Positions 38,945 to 52,606 of a stretch of DNA of 64,000 bases are shown piece by piece. Numbering within the stretch: the stretch's first letter is position 1; each line of letters begins with the position of its first letter. The notes beneath the pieces were generated by a model. It saw only the letters and a program-made list of their open reading frames with translations. It searched no databases and was not told the DNA's origin. The position numbers and the translations under genes were made by a program. Source of the stretch: Eledone cirrhosa (taxonomy: Eukaryota); contig OZ024740.1 in assembly GCA_964016885.1 (NCBI GenBank), forward strand, positions 291,152,001 to 291,216,000, read 5' to 3'.

Positions 38945-39886
38945 TTTGACAGAGTTCCCCGTGCTATAATCTGGTGGGCTCTTAGAAAACTAGGAGTAGA
39001 TGAATGGCTTGTGAAAGCTGTATAAGCCATGTATAGGGGAGCAGTCAGCAAAGTTAGGATTAGCAATGACTATAGCGAGGAATTTAGCGTACATGTCGGT
39101 GTCCACCAGGGCTCTGTTCTTAGCCCTCTCCTGTTCATCATAATTCTGCAGGCAATAATGGAGGAGTTTAAGACCAGATGCCCATGGGAACTCCTGTATG
39201 CAGATGACCTCACACTTATAGCTGAATCTATGGTAGAACTAGAGAAGAAATTCCAAACTTGGAAGCAGGGACTAGAGAGAAAGGGTCTCAGGGTCAACCT
39301 GACAAAGACTAAGGTCCTTGTAAGTAGACAAGAAAACATAACCCAGATCCCCTCAGAGAAATGGCCTTGCTCAGTATGTAGGAAAGGTGTAGGTAGGAAC
39401 TCCATTCTCTGCCCCAAATGCAAACAATGGGTACACAAGAGATGTAGCGGGATCTCAGGAAGCTTAACTAAGAATGTAGGCTTCACATGTAGCAGCTGTG
39501 CTGGGGCAGCAAACAGCCACAGGAAACAAGTACCACCAAACTCTGGGAGGGCTCTGTAGAAACAGTAGACAGCTTCTGCTACCTAGGTGACTGAATTAGC
39601 AGCGGAGGTGGGTGTTCGGAAAGTACAATAACTAGGGTAAGAACAGGATGGAAGAAGTTCAGGGAGCTATTGCCACTGCTAGCTGCAAAATGAAAGGCAG
39701 ACTGTATGATGCGTGTATACGAACAGCAATGTTACATGGTAGTGAGACCTGGGCGCTGTCTGTGGAAGACTTGCATAGATTAGAAAGAAATGAAGCCTGC
39801 ATGCTCCGATGGATGTGTAATAGTAATATACGCGAACGGCAAAGCATAAATGAATTGAGAGAGAGACTGAGCATAAGAGGAATCAA
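38945..39886 (+). pseudogene. RTE LINE fragment: RT, PHD-type finger and C-terminus, disrupted
   Basis: FDRVPR, GVHQGSVLSPLLF, LLYADD, CSVC..CPKC..VHKRC..CSSC, MLHGSETW; stops and frameshifts present. Confidence 0.92.
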
Positions 39887-40404
39887 TATAGTATATGTGT
39901 GTATATATATATATGTATATGTGTGTATGTATATGTATATATATGTGTGTGCGTATGTATATGTGTGTATGTATATGTATATATATGCGTGTGTGTATAT
40001 ATATATGTGTAACTTATTGTTTACAGAGATATATCTGGATGTAGGAGGTTTATTTTTTATTTTGTCCAAAGACTTCTGGACGCAGAAGTAAATACTTCGA
40101 AAAATTTACAATCAAATATTGCCTTTAGAAAATAGAAAGATATAATGATAGCATGTGAGGATGTTCTCTTGAGATGAGCAAAATGTATGCAGGGAGAATT
40201 ATGTCATTAGGTAAAGCAGGAAGAACAAATTCTTGCTGTGGATAAAATCAAATTCTTGCTATGAAAAAATTGGGAGGCTAATATTCTTTTTAGAATGGCC
40301 AAATAATTTCTAGTGATCATATATGGAAAATGATATTAATTGTAGTAATATGAGTAAACATAAAGATACTGAAGTTAGTAATAATAGTAAAAATAATTAT
40401 AATA

Positions 40405-41490
40405 ATTGTTTCTGCTTTTGGCACAAGGCCAGCAATTACCCTGGTTCATTACTGGTGCTTTATTTTATCGACTCCGTCGACCACGTAAGGATGAAAGGCA
40501 AAGTTAACCTCGGTGGAATTTGAAATCAGACCATAAAGGGCCGTAACCCATGCTGCAAAGCATGGTATCCAACCCTCTACCGATACTATCAATCCACCAC
40601 CCTCAAAAAGATAATAATGATGATTTTTAATTTTGGCACGAGGTCATCAATTTTGGGGGAGAGGGGAAATTTGATTAAATCGACCCCAGTGTGTAACTTG
40701 TACTATATTTTATTGACCTCGTATGGATGAAAGGCAAAGCTAACCTCGGTGGTATTTGAACTCAGAACGTAGCCTTTACTCCCAAAATATTTACCTTCCT
40801 TATTAGTATTAGCCTATTATTTATTATAATTACAGATGGATGGACAGACAGAGAGTGCTCTTATAATATAGGTTACTACTAGTATTATCAATTTTAATTA
40901 CCACTATTTTTGTTATTATTATTATGGTGGATTGACTGTGTTGGTGGAGTGTCAGACAACATGCTTCATGGCATAGAGTTACGGCCCTTTATGTTCTGAG
41001 TTCAAATACCACCGAGGTTAGCTTTGCCTTTCATCCATATATGTGAGTTTCAGCGACCTGAGGTCTGTTTTCACCACCCCTGCCCATGTTTTTCGTGGTC
41101 TTCCTCTACTGCGATTCTACTGGGATTTCTTGGCACGTCTTTACCCAGTGGTCATCCTCCATGCGCAACACATGTCCATATATATATATACTATATGTGT
41201 GTGTGTCTGTGTGTGTATATATATAATACATTCTTCCCACTAACTTCATTCCATTAAGCCTGACACTCAAACAAACAGAATAATATTATAGTTAATGATA
41301 ATAATAAAGGTTTCTAATTTAAGCAGTAAAAAGGCCAGTAATCTGGGGAAAATTGATTTTTTTTTTTCAACACCAGTATTTCACTGGTACTTTATTTTAT
41401 CGACCCTTGAAGGATGAAATGCAAAGCCAGCATTGGTGAACGTAAAGAACTGGGATTAAATACCATGTTCTACCGATTCTACCAATATAA
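40405..41490. mobile_element. Cluster of short-type SINEs (- at about 40405-40600, 40620-40770 and 41305-41490; + at about 40925-41040) plus an RTE scrap (41040-41175)
   Basis: Reverse-complement core GGATGAAAGGCAAAG(T/C)TAACCTCGG. Confidence 0.8.
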
Positions 41491-41576
41491 CCCTATATTT
41501 TCTCCATTCAATTACTAAGTACTGTAGCTTCTCGTTTCTCACCACATTTAATTTTTATGTTCCAATGTTTGTACTA

Positions 41577-41746
41577 CAGGTAAAATTCCGTTATAACGAA
41601 TTTTTCAGTATAACGAAATTTTTTTTCAATCCCCCGAGGTAATAACAAACTCTCTATTTGTTTCAGTAGATCTCGTTATAAAGAATTTTTCGTTACAACA
41701 AATTTTTTTTATACCCCGTGAATTTTGTTATAATGGAATTTCACTG
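41577..41746. mobile_element. Tc1/mariner-pogo-like MITE (TA target site)
   Basis: TA|CAGGTAAAATTCCGTTATAAC ... GTTATAATGGAATTTCACTG|TA, with internal TATAACGAA repeats. Confidence 0.75.
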
Positions 41747-43679
41747 TAAAACTTTTAACATAATGCAATAGTGTCATAAAGATCTATAAATTTATGGATA
41801 GAAATAAGAATATTTATATAAGATTGTATTATCATGGGCCCTTCTAGTTTACTTTTTGGCTCCATAAGTCTTCTTCTTTTTCTTTTTCTTCTCACCATTA
41901 GCTGCACCACCACCACCATATCATCAAAATCAACTCAGTTGACTTCTCCCACCACCACCAGTACAACAACAACTCTATTCACCTCTTCTCCCACTCAGTA
42001 TTTCATTATAGCTTTGATTTCCACTGCTGTAACATCTCATTAATTTTACTTTTCACACTTCACTATCTAATTTATGAATTCCTTCATTTATTTTCCTTCT
42101 CAAGTTTCAGTATTCTTAATTATCCTTCAGTATAACACTGTGATAAATTTTGAAGATTATACCTTTAAAAAAAAACATCCATGACATCATTAAATTGTTA
42201 TGGTTGATCAGCCAACACATCAGCACGTTTATTGGGGCAGGTTACTATCAATTAAAAGGAATTATTAACAGCTTGGGAAGCAGCCAGTTTCTTGGATATT
42301 TACCGAAATGGTAAAGTAAAGTGTTCTCTGTCGGCTTGCTTTCTCTGTCAGTATGATTGGTACCGGATATACAGTGAAGAAGGGGAACTAGAAGCAGGCA
42401 GGCATGTACAGACAGCTGGGTATAAACTACTTCTGTTAAATCTCTTTGTGTATGAGATTTTCTCATTATATTTCTTCTCACTACATATTTTTACCCTCAC
42501 TTACCAGAACTGATACTGCAAAGTGTTTATGGAACAAATAACCACCAAAATTCATGCAACAAAGAAAACAAAACAACAACAAAAACTTACATAAAATTAG
42601 GAATTAGACTAAACTGATTTTATGTGGACGTCAGTATATATTTTCCTCTCAAGTTTAATTATAAATATTGATATTCTCTAAAAACTGTCTTAGTATATTT
42701 TTCTTTCCCCCCAAACATAAACAAAGTAAACCAAAGCATAAACACCCTATGATACCATAAAAAAAAAACACTTTATATGTAATAACTTTTACAATTACCA
42801 GATATTTTCTTAGAGTTAACTTTTAGACATTGACAAACTTTTTTCAGAAATATTTATTCAAATATATTTTAATATTATGTATTAGTTTTCTTTTTTTTAT
42901 ATGTGTATACTGTTATAGTTTTCTTTCTTAACATTTAAGACAAATTAGTTTTCATTTACATATGATAAAGCAGGATAATATATTTTATATATTTTAGCAG
43001 TGTTAATGTGTTTTAAATATTCCCTCTTCAGATGATTATTTATAACATCTGTTAAATATTACTAAAAAACATTTTAGCTAAGATAAAATATATTATCTAT
43101 CTATCCTTCTCTTCTTTCAACTCACCAGCCTTAACCCATATATTTATTTCATGTCTGTTTTCAATCTTAGTATTTTTCTATTCAACTTTTCATTGACTTC
43201 ATAAATAGATCTTACTTTATTGGAGAGATTACTTGTATATAAATAACTATCGTTCATAGTCATCTTTTAACACTTTTCCTAGTATTAAAATTGGAATACA
43301 GTTAAATGACTAAAAACAAACTGCAGGAAAACTAAATACAATTCAACAATTAAAACATCCAAAATTTTCTGGATTTTTACTATATATGTCCCAAAACATG
43401 CAAAACCAGTATACAACTATGGGTAAGACATTTATTGAACTATATATTTTACTATATTGAACTATATATTTTAATTTTTCATTCTCATGTTTGTTTATAT
43501 ATGTTTTTGTTTATTTGTATTTTTGATCCCTTATTTCTTTAAGTTTATTTTTATTTTCTGGATTTTTATTTTTATTTTTATTTTCTGGATTTTTATTTTT
43601 ATTTTTATTTTCTGGATTTTTATTTAATAGAATTTAGTCATAGTTAAAATATGTAACACGCAGCAATGTTTTTGTATTT

Positions 43680-44130
43680 GTGTGTTGGGGGTGGGGGGTC
43701 AGTGTGTATAGGGTTGTGTGAAGTTGTGTGCCAGTGTGTGTGTGGGTTCGTGCAAGTGTGTGTATGGGTTTGTGTGTGTGGGGGGGGGTGCAAGTGTGTG
43801 TGTGGGTTTGTGCGAGTGTGTATGGGTTTGTGCAAGTGTGTGTGAGGGAGTGTGTGTGTGTGTGTGTGAAGGATTGTGTGTGTGTGTGGTGGGGGGGGGG
43901 GGGTGCAAGTTTGTGTTTGTGCCTGTGTGTAAGGGGTTTGTGTGAGTGTGTTTGTGTCAGTGTGTGTGTGTGTTTGAGCCAATGTGTGGGGGTTTGTGCC
44001 CATGTGCTTGTGCCCATGTGTGTGTGCTTGTGTCAGTGTGTGTGTGTGTGTTTGTGCCAGTGTGTGTGGGTTTGTGTGATTGTGTGTTTGTGCCCATGTG
44101 TGTGTTTGTGCCAGTGAGTGTGTGTTTGTA
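43680..44130. repeat. GT-rich degenerate minisatellite
   Basis: (GT)n interspersed with GGGTTTGTGC(A/C)AGT. Confidence 0.9.
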
Positions 44131-45051
44131 AATATCAATAATGTTATCTGGCCTCTCGTGGCAGGTATTTCAACGTTACACTTTTAATGGCCTTAACAAT
44201 AGAACAAAATTGAAAACATCAAAATCCTTATCTTGAAACAAGTTTAAGTTATATATTTTAAGTAATCTTCTCCCAGGAATTAAATCAAAGACTTGTCGCA
44301 CTTTTGTGGTGAATTGCACCCCCACCCTTTCTTCTTTTTTATGTTTTTTTTTAAATCTCTCTTTTTGCGTTCATTGTATATATTGGATTTATATTGCACA
44401 TGGCTTAGTGGTTAGAGCATTGGCCTTGCAATCGAAAGGTTGTGAGTTCAATTCTCAGACTTGGTGATGTGTTGTTTCCTTGAGCAAGACTCTTTATTTC
44501 ACATTGCTCCAGTTTACTCAGCTGTAGAAATGAGATGATAGGGACTGGGGTCCCTATCATTCCACTGTAAAGTAGTGATCGAGGTGCCACGGCAAAAAAG
44601 CACCCAGCACTCACTGTAAATGAGGTTGGTGTTAGGAAGGGCACCCAGCTGTAGAAATCAAGCCAGAATCAGTTCCCATCCCACCCTTGCAAGCAGGGAA
44701 AAGCGGACGTAAAATGATGATTATGATGATTTGTATATGTTATATGTGTTTGTATTTTCATTCTGTAAGCAGTATATTATTATTGCTGAAATAAACCTTT
44801 GAATTATATATTTATACAATGAAACAAGTTCAAGATGCATATCTTAAATAATCCTAACTATTGAACTAAATCTAAGATATAATTGAAACATTTAAACATA
44901 AGAAATGTTATGAAAATGTGTTAATTCATGGGCCAAAGTAGAAATAAGTATATTTATAAGATGTGAACTTTCTATGGATCCTACCAGTTATATTAATTTA
45001 TAAGTTTGATAATTTTATTATCTATATTTCATTTAAATATATTCTTGTGTA

Positions 45052-45155
<104 letters not shown>

Positions 45156-45509
45156 GAATTGTGTGGCCTAGTGGTAAGGGTGTTGGACTTACAATCATAA
45201 TGTCATGGGTTTAATTCCTGGGCTGGGTGGTGCATCATGTTCTTGAGCAAAACACTTCATTTTGCATACTCAGCTGAAAATGGAGTACCAGCTGTTGCTA
45301 GGAATGATGGACTAGCATCCTGTCCAGTGAGGAATCTTGTACTCTCAATCACTGAACACCAAGGAAATCAAGATAGGCACCTAATGAACATGTACAGACT
45401 TCAACAGTTTTCAAATAATATATATAACTTATTTAAGATATAAATATTATTGTTTCATATACATGCCTGTATTTTAAAGTTGTATCTGCATCACAAATGT
45501 TTTTTTTTT

Positions 45510-45770
45510 ACCTTATCATTACGATATTTCTAATGAAACACACTGCTTGGGTGTTTCAATTAATTTTCAAAATAACCAAATATTTGGAGGAATTTAATAA
45601 CACAATTAAGTTTTTCATTAGTAAGCTGATATTTAGAACATTACTTAATAAATATTTCTAAAATAAAATTATCGTGGAAGGTTTTAATATAAGGATAAAC
45701 ATTTTAATATGAGGAGTTTTGTATCATGTAGAATCAGGGGCAGTTACAGTTGGTTTGGTATAAAAAGGGT
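45510..45770. mobile_element. Decayed piggyBac-like MITE of the 29085 family
   Basis: Right end GGTATAAAAAGGG|TTAA; internal TTTCTAATGAAA..ACTGCTT is shared with 29085-29705. Confidence 0.6.
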
Positions 45771-45989
45771 TAAAGAAATTTAACAATTTTTATAACTAAT
45801 TTGAAAATAGATGTGCCACTATACACGTAACTATAATAATAGTTAATATCTCCAGTAAAGTATCCCTGGAGACTTACGATATGAGTAGTTTGATTCCCTG
45901 CAGGTGTCTTCAACCACTTTTTTCCATCTCCAAACGTACTTTACCTAATTTATTCCTTTATTATCTATAGTTATCAACTATTAGTATCA

Positions 45990-46312
45990 TCCCACCGAGG
46001 TTAACTTTGCCGTTCATCCTTTCAAGGTCGATAAAATAAAGTACCAGTAATGCACTGGGTAATTGCTGGCCTTGTACCAAAAGTAGAAACAATTATCTAT
46101 AGTTATCTCCTATTATTAATCCGGTGGATTGGCAGTATCGGTAGAGGATCGGACGCCATGCTTTGATGCATAGAGTTACGGCCCTTGCCATTCTGAGTTC
46201 AAATCCCGCCGAGGTTAATTTTGCCTTTCATCCTTACGGGGTCGATAAAATAAAGTACCAGTAATGCACTGGGTAATTGCTGGCCTTGTGCCAAAAAGTA
46301 GAAACAATTATT
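45990..46312 (+). mobile_element. Partial and full short-type SINE copies
   Basis: Near-consensus copy at 46122-46312. Confidence 0.9.
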
Positions 46313-46695
46313 ATCTATAATTATCACCTATTATTGTCTGTAGTTATCATCTATTATTATCTATAGTATCACCTATTATCTATAGTTATCACCTATTATC
46401 TATAGTTATCACCTATTATCTATAGTTATCATCTATTACCTATAGTTATCACCTATCACCTATAACCTATTATTATCTATAGTTATCACCTATTATCTGT
46501 AGTTATCACCTATTATCTATAGTTATCACCTATTATCTATAGTTTACACCTATTATCTATAGTTACCTCCTATTATCAATAGTTATCACCTATTATCTAT
46601 AGTTATCACATACTAAAAATCATTATCTATAAGCTTTCACCTATTATCTATATTTATCACCTATTATCTATAGTTATCTATTATTATAGTTATCT
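46313..46695. repeat. 20-bp minisatellite TATTATCTATAGTTATCACC
   Basis: About 18 copies; single units also at about 45960 and 46093. Confidence 0.95.
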
Positions 46696-47247
46696 ACATT
46701 ATTTCCAAATTTCTCAAGTTAAACCAAATGTTGTTTGCTATTTTAATTAAATCCCCTTCAGTTTTCATTAAATAGTAGTGCATTTAACCAGATGTTTATA
46801 TATGTAAAACAATCATAAAAACAACGTTGTATAAATTTACAAGTCTGCTTATTTATGGTTGGCCTAGGGCCACAAAAAACAACAACAACCCTTCAGAATG
46901 ATTCAGTGATCTCTAGACACTTGCAAAGGCTAAAAATAGGATAGCAGGAAGATACATTAGATATGATGTGCCTCATTTCACCATACATTATCATTGTATT
47001 TATTACTCACGTATTAGTAATAAATCTTATAAATAAGCATATTAGATCTTCATTTTCTGTTTAGTACATAAACGTCTTGTAATACAGACACTGAATATTT
47101 TCTTTAGAATCCTTTCCTTACTGTATTTCTAATTAAATAAACTGCCTGTGGATTTTAAATAATTTTGAAGATAAACAAGAATTTAGAGAGGTTTACTAAT
47201 ATAACTAACTTCCCCATTATTAAGATGGTGTTTCGAACACAACTTAA

Positions 47248-47479
47248 CCCTTTAGTTACCAACCCGACCCAAACTGGCTCTGGTTCTATGAAATGAAACC
47301 CTCTATTTTAAAGGTTTCCAATTTAAATTAAAATCTTTCAACATAATTCTATATAAGAACAATATGTTAAATTGCTATCATAGTAATGAAATAATTAATA
47401 ATTTTAGTAAATCCTTCAAAATTCTTCATTAATTAATTAAAATAGAGTGTATTTCATGAGAAATTTAATCATGAAAGGG
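47248..47479. mobile_element. piggyBac-like MITE
   Basis: TTAA|CCCTTTAGTTACC ... CATGAAAGGG|TTAA. Confidence 0.75.
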
Positions 47480-48966
47480 TTAAAGATTCTCAGATAAAAC
47501 TATATCAGAAGGATGTTAGATAAATATAACCTATCCAACCCTTGCTAACAGAGAAAGTGGACGTTAAAACGACAATGATGATGATGATGATGATGAGCCA
47601 CTTTAAAACAAACAACTTTGTATCATAAAATCAGAGCCAGTTTCAGGTGATTTGGTATCAAAAGGATTAAACACTTTTCTCAGGGTTGTTATTATTGTTG
47701 TTGCTCTGAGGTTAGCTTTGTCTTTCATCCTTACGGGATCAATAAAATAAAGTACCAGTAATGCACTGGGGTTGATTTTATCAACTATCCACTCCCCCAT
47801 AATATTTGAACTAGTGCCTAAATCAGAAGATTGGCAGTATCAGCAGAAGGTCGGACGCCTTTCATCCTTACGGGGTCGATAAAATAAAGTACCAGTAATG
47901 TACTGGGGTAATTGCTGGCCTTGTGCCAATAGTAGAAACAATTATTATTGTTGTTGTTATTGTTGCTTAACCTCAAGACAACCTTGATTGAGAAGGTCTA
48001 TGATCAAAGATGTTCAAGCTGTTACCATCACTACTTTTTTCCAGGTAGTGTGTATCTAGACCCACACTACACTATGTTGCTCTCCCTTTTAAGGTAGTTA
48101 GGTGGGATTTGCTGCTTTTTTTTGACAGGACAAGCAACTGGATAGAGGCTTCCTCATTGGCTTCTTCTGAACAGTTGATGTTGTTTATCTCAGGACTAAT
48201 AGGGTAGATAGATGATCGAAGACATTCCATGATTATTCTGTCTGTCACAGGCACAGTGTTTCTTTTGTAAAATAGTAAGATGTAATTTGATGAAGATTTG
48301 GCTGCTGTTTCTAGCAGGTCAAGTGACTACTAATGATAATCAGGAGTTATTCTTTCTGTCGGTTATATTCCTTGGTTGATCAGGAGGAAGGCAGTTTCCA
48401 TGACTCCTTTGAGAGTATCTGAGAGTAGGTGAAAGGGACTTCATTAAACGCACATAAAAATCATTGTTTTTAACCCTAATTCTAGCAGCTCTATCACATC
48501 AGTATACCCTCCCTGTTTTGGTTTGTATTTCTCTATGGAATATCTGAGTGGAGTTAAATCGTGATCTCTATTTTTCTGTTATTCCCCGTTGCCTCTATTT
48601 AGATTTAAAATATGGTTTATTTACTTTGAAAAATGTTCAAAACTATATATATTTTTTCTAACAAAAATATGTAAACTGTAAATTATGCACAAATTATAGA
48701 GTATATATAAATACACACACACATACATCATTATTCAATTACACTCTATTAATGTATTGAGTACCTTTTTAACTGTGGTTACCCCTGATTTAACTCTGGA
48801 TCTACATGGTGTTAGGAAGAGCATCCAGCCATAGAAAACCTGCCAGATAGACCTATACGAGCGAGACACGGTCACCTGACGAACCTTGCCTCAAGTGGGT
48901 CAATTCCCATCTAACCCATATTAGCATGGAAGATAGATGTTAAACGATGATGATGATGATATCTAT

Positions 48967-49087
48967 AATGAATATTTAATATAGAAATGGCTTCTACAGG
49001 ACCAGAGCTGTTTCATTTGTATGAAATCATCACACAAATGAAACAGTTCTAGTACTGTAGAACCCATTTCTATATTAAATTTTCATT
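48967..49087. repeat. Fold-back (about 54-bp arms); probable Penelope-like inverted terminus
   Basis: AATGAATATTTAATATAGAAATGG...CTGTTTCATTTGT / ACAAATGAAACAG...CCATTTCTATATTAAATTTTCATT. Confidence 0.8.
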
Positions 49088-50443
49088 GTTCTCACTCTAC
49101 TTATGTATTGAGTATCTTATTTACTGTAGTTACCCCCCTCCCCCCATTTCACCTGGGATCTAGATATGTGCGTTTGCATATACATTATATGTACCCCCTC
49201 CCCACCACCAATATGACCAATAACTATTAGTTTATTTTGAAATGACATTACTTTAGCTGTGGGATTGAAAATAATACTGATGTTTTGATGTTTGTCAAAG
49301 TTGTTTATGATATTTCTAACCTAGTTCTACTGACTGTTTATCACAATCTAGAAAATGTTTTGAGTTTCTTAACTCTACAGAAATATATGCAACATATGTA
49401 GGAATTTGATTTGATATGCCATCATAACATTTGAAAAACAAATTTGACATTTAATAAGATTATAATTTCTTAAGATTATTAACTGTGTTTCTTAAGAATG
49501 GAACAGTTTTATCTAACATCTACACCTCCTCTACATTTCTATCAGCATCTTTTTAATATTCACATTTCTACAACTTTCAAGACTACATTTAAAAAAAAAT
49601 ATGTTCACATCTATACTACATTTTGGACTACATTTTAAAATAATAGTTACATCTATACCAGAGGTTCTTAAACCTTTTGGGCCACTGCCCTCCTCAGTGC
49701 CCCCATCCCTATTTCCAGAGAGAGACATGCAAATTTAGAGGACCCATTTAGTCTATAACTTGTATCACCACATTAAAATGTACTCAGTACACCCATTAAT
49801 CTTTTCATTGCCATATTTTTAATGAAATACATTGTACCTGAACAAATTATTGAAGAATTTGGAAGGATTCACTAAACTTATTAATTATTTAATTAAGATG
49901 TTCTTCTCTCACATTATTTTGGAAGGGATTTTAATGGGAATAGGAACCCTTTAAAGTGGGTGGTTTTATTTCATAGGACCAGTGGCTGTTTTGGGTGTGT
50001 TGATATCAAAAGTGGTTGGCATTAGAAAGGGTATATAACCATAGCAATCATGTCAAAATTGGAACATTTTTCAGTGAGATGTTGTCTTCTGCTCCATCTA
50101 AGGAGGGTAGTATCACTGAAATTAAATAACTCAGCCTGTGATAACCTGTATAAGCTATGTCAGCAGGAAAAAATGGATGTAAAATGATGATGATAATAAC
50201 ACTACATATCAATCTACATTTTACAAAAATATTTACATCTTCATTCACTACATTTCTATCTACATATATTTTGATATTAGCATTTACACTACAGTCTGAA
50301 CTATATTTATTTTATATAATCTATAATGTATTTAGGACTGCATTGATCTTTTTATCTATATTGTTTTAGATGTTTGCTATACAAAAACTTAAAAATCAAA
50401 TAGCTAGAAAATAACACAGGCTACACACATAAATATACACAAA

Positions 50444-50477
<34 letters not shown>

Positions 50478-50809
50478 AACTCTCTCTCTCTCACACAGAC
50501 TCACATGTGCACACACACAGATACATACACGCAGACACACAGATACATACACGCAGACACACACAAAGAGACACACACACAGCCATAGACAGAGAGAGGG
50601 GGTTGAGGACAACATAAAATAAAAGAATACAAGGGGTAGATAAAATCAATAATAGAAACATATTTAAACTTAAACAAGTGAAAACAATTATTGGTATGAA
50701 AATAACTCAGTAATTAACTACAACTTCAATAAAATAAACAGATATATTGATGAGATAAAAGGAAATTATAACGGGATTTAACATTCACAATCCATTAATA
50801 CAGATATAT

Positions 50810-51212
50810 GGTCCAAACTCTTCTAGGATGTTCCTTACATTACACTAAGGCAAGTAGACTCCTAGCTAGCTTCTATTCCAAACAAACTCTTCTAGGATGT
50901 CCTATCCATTACACTAAGACAAGTACACTCCTTAGCTATCTTGTTCCAAACAAACTCTTCTAGGATGTTGCTTCCATTACACCAAGGCAAGTACATTCCT
51001 TAGCTATCTTCTGTTCCAAACAAACTCTTCTAGGATGTCCTGTCCATTACACTCCTTAGCTAGCTTGTTCCAAACAAATTCTTCTTGGATGTTCTGTCCA
51101 TTACTAAGACAAGTAACTAGTTTCAGCTATAAACAAACGCTTCTAGAATGTTCTGTCCATTACACCAAAGTAAGTACACTCCTTGCTAGTTTCTGCTCCA
51201 AACAAACTCTTT
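50810..51212. repeat. Minisatellite with a unit of about 60 bp
   Basis: CCAAACAAACTCTTCTAGGATGT...CATTACAC..AG.CAAGTACACTCCTTAGCTA, about 7 copies. Confidence 0.92.
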
Positions 51213-52606
51213 AATCCAAATGTAAAGAAATAGTTCACAGTTTCTCGTTGCCAAGAGGATCAACCTGCCAAATACTATTCTATTTTTACTTGCCAAATGC
51301 AATCCCAACATCTCAAAGGATGAAAACAATCACCTTCTTCATAACCATGACCTTCTTTTTCACTTCTTTAATAGCCATCAGTATTGTTTCTCTAGAGACA
51401 GATAAATTGGGACTTGCTATTTTGTATCATGCAACAGTGAGTTGGCTCCCACTCTCACGGATTTTGAAAAATAACGATTTTGTTGCTTTTCACACCAGCA
51501 AAACCATTAATTATATCTGACATAAGAATCTTCTAGCTGAATTGACCCTCATATTTCTATTTTCATGGATCAAATCTTTCCTGTTAGACTTGTTCTATGA
51601 GAGCATGTATCTGTGGAACTCTCTTCATACCACATTCTCTCAACTCTATTTGGTTATTTCACTCAAACTTTGCTGTGATTTCTACTAATGCATTCTTCTA
51701 TATATATATATATATATAATATCCTTCACCTCAGTTTTCTACACACCATTGTCATCCACCTGCAACTTAGACAACTTATGCTACCTTTGCACTACTTTTA
51801 TGTACTTAATGAAAGAGTAGACTCATCTAGATAGAAATTTACTGATATTGTTAAGAAGCAACCCATAGAAATTAAGACAAATTTACTTAGGGAACAAGAA
51901 AGAACAGAAAAAAAAAGACATTTTCTTTAAATAAAGAATGAGTTAATTTTAAGGGAGAGACTTAGTATGCTTTGGTAACTGTAAGAAAATGAATACAAAA
52001 AAAAAAGACAATAAAAATAAACTCCAGGATATTGCAGACAGGATAGTAGAACATTTGGAAAGGAACCAAAAAGTAAATGGTTGAGCAGCTTTGGCCTTAA
52101 ACTGAAACAGAGGGCTTTCTAATTGTAGCAAGAAATCCCCAAAGAAACTTCATGAAAAAATAGAGTTATAAAAGTGGCTAGATGCTTTTCTTGATGCCAA
52201 CCCTCACATTCCTCTTTTTAAGTAAGATAAGGATCTTTAAATGTCTAACTGATGAGCAGCAGGATCTCTGTTTATGTGGAACATTAAAAAATATCACCAC
52301 CTGTGATGTCAAATATGAAGAGAAGGGAAACACACACACACACACACACACACACATATGCGCGCGCGTCAGGCTTCCACAGTTTCTATCTTCAAAATTA
52401 CTCACAAGACGTTGGTTGGCTCAAGGCAATAGTAGAAGGCATCTGCTCAAGGTAATACACAGTAGGATAGGACCTGAAACTATGGCTGTGTGATTGTGAA
52501 GCAAGCGTCTTAAGACCATACAGCAATGTCAGTACCTATTTGTAGATCAATGCCAGTACCTAAAATTGTAGATCAAAATGTTGGGCAGATATAAATATGT
52601 ATATTG

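Noticed and set aside
42248-42513. GC-richer segment with short ORFs on both strands
   Set aside because: No recognisable motif and no convincing splice-site pair.
43634-44138. His/Thr ORFs and telomere-like GGGTTT motifs
   Set aside because: Degenerate GT repeat; no TTAGGG array.
52249-52275. CTGATGA followed by a weak stem
   Set aside because: No GAAA box or closing stems.
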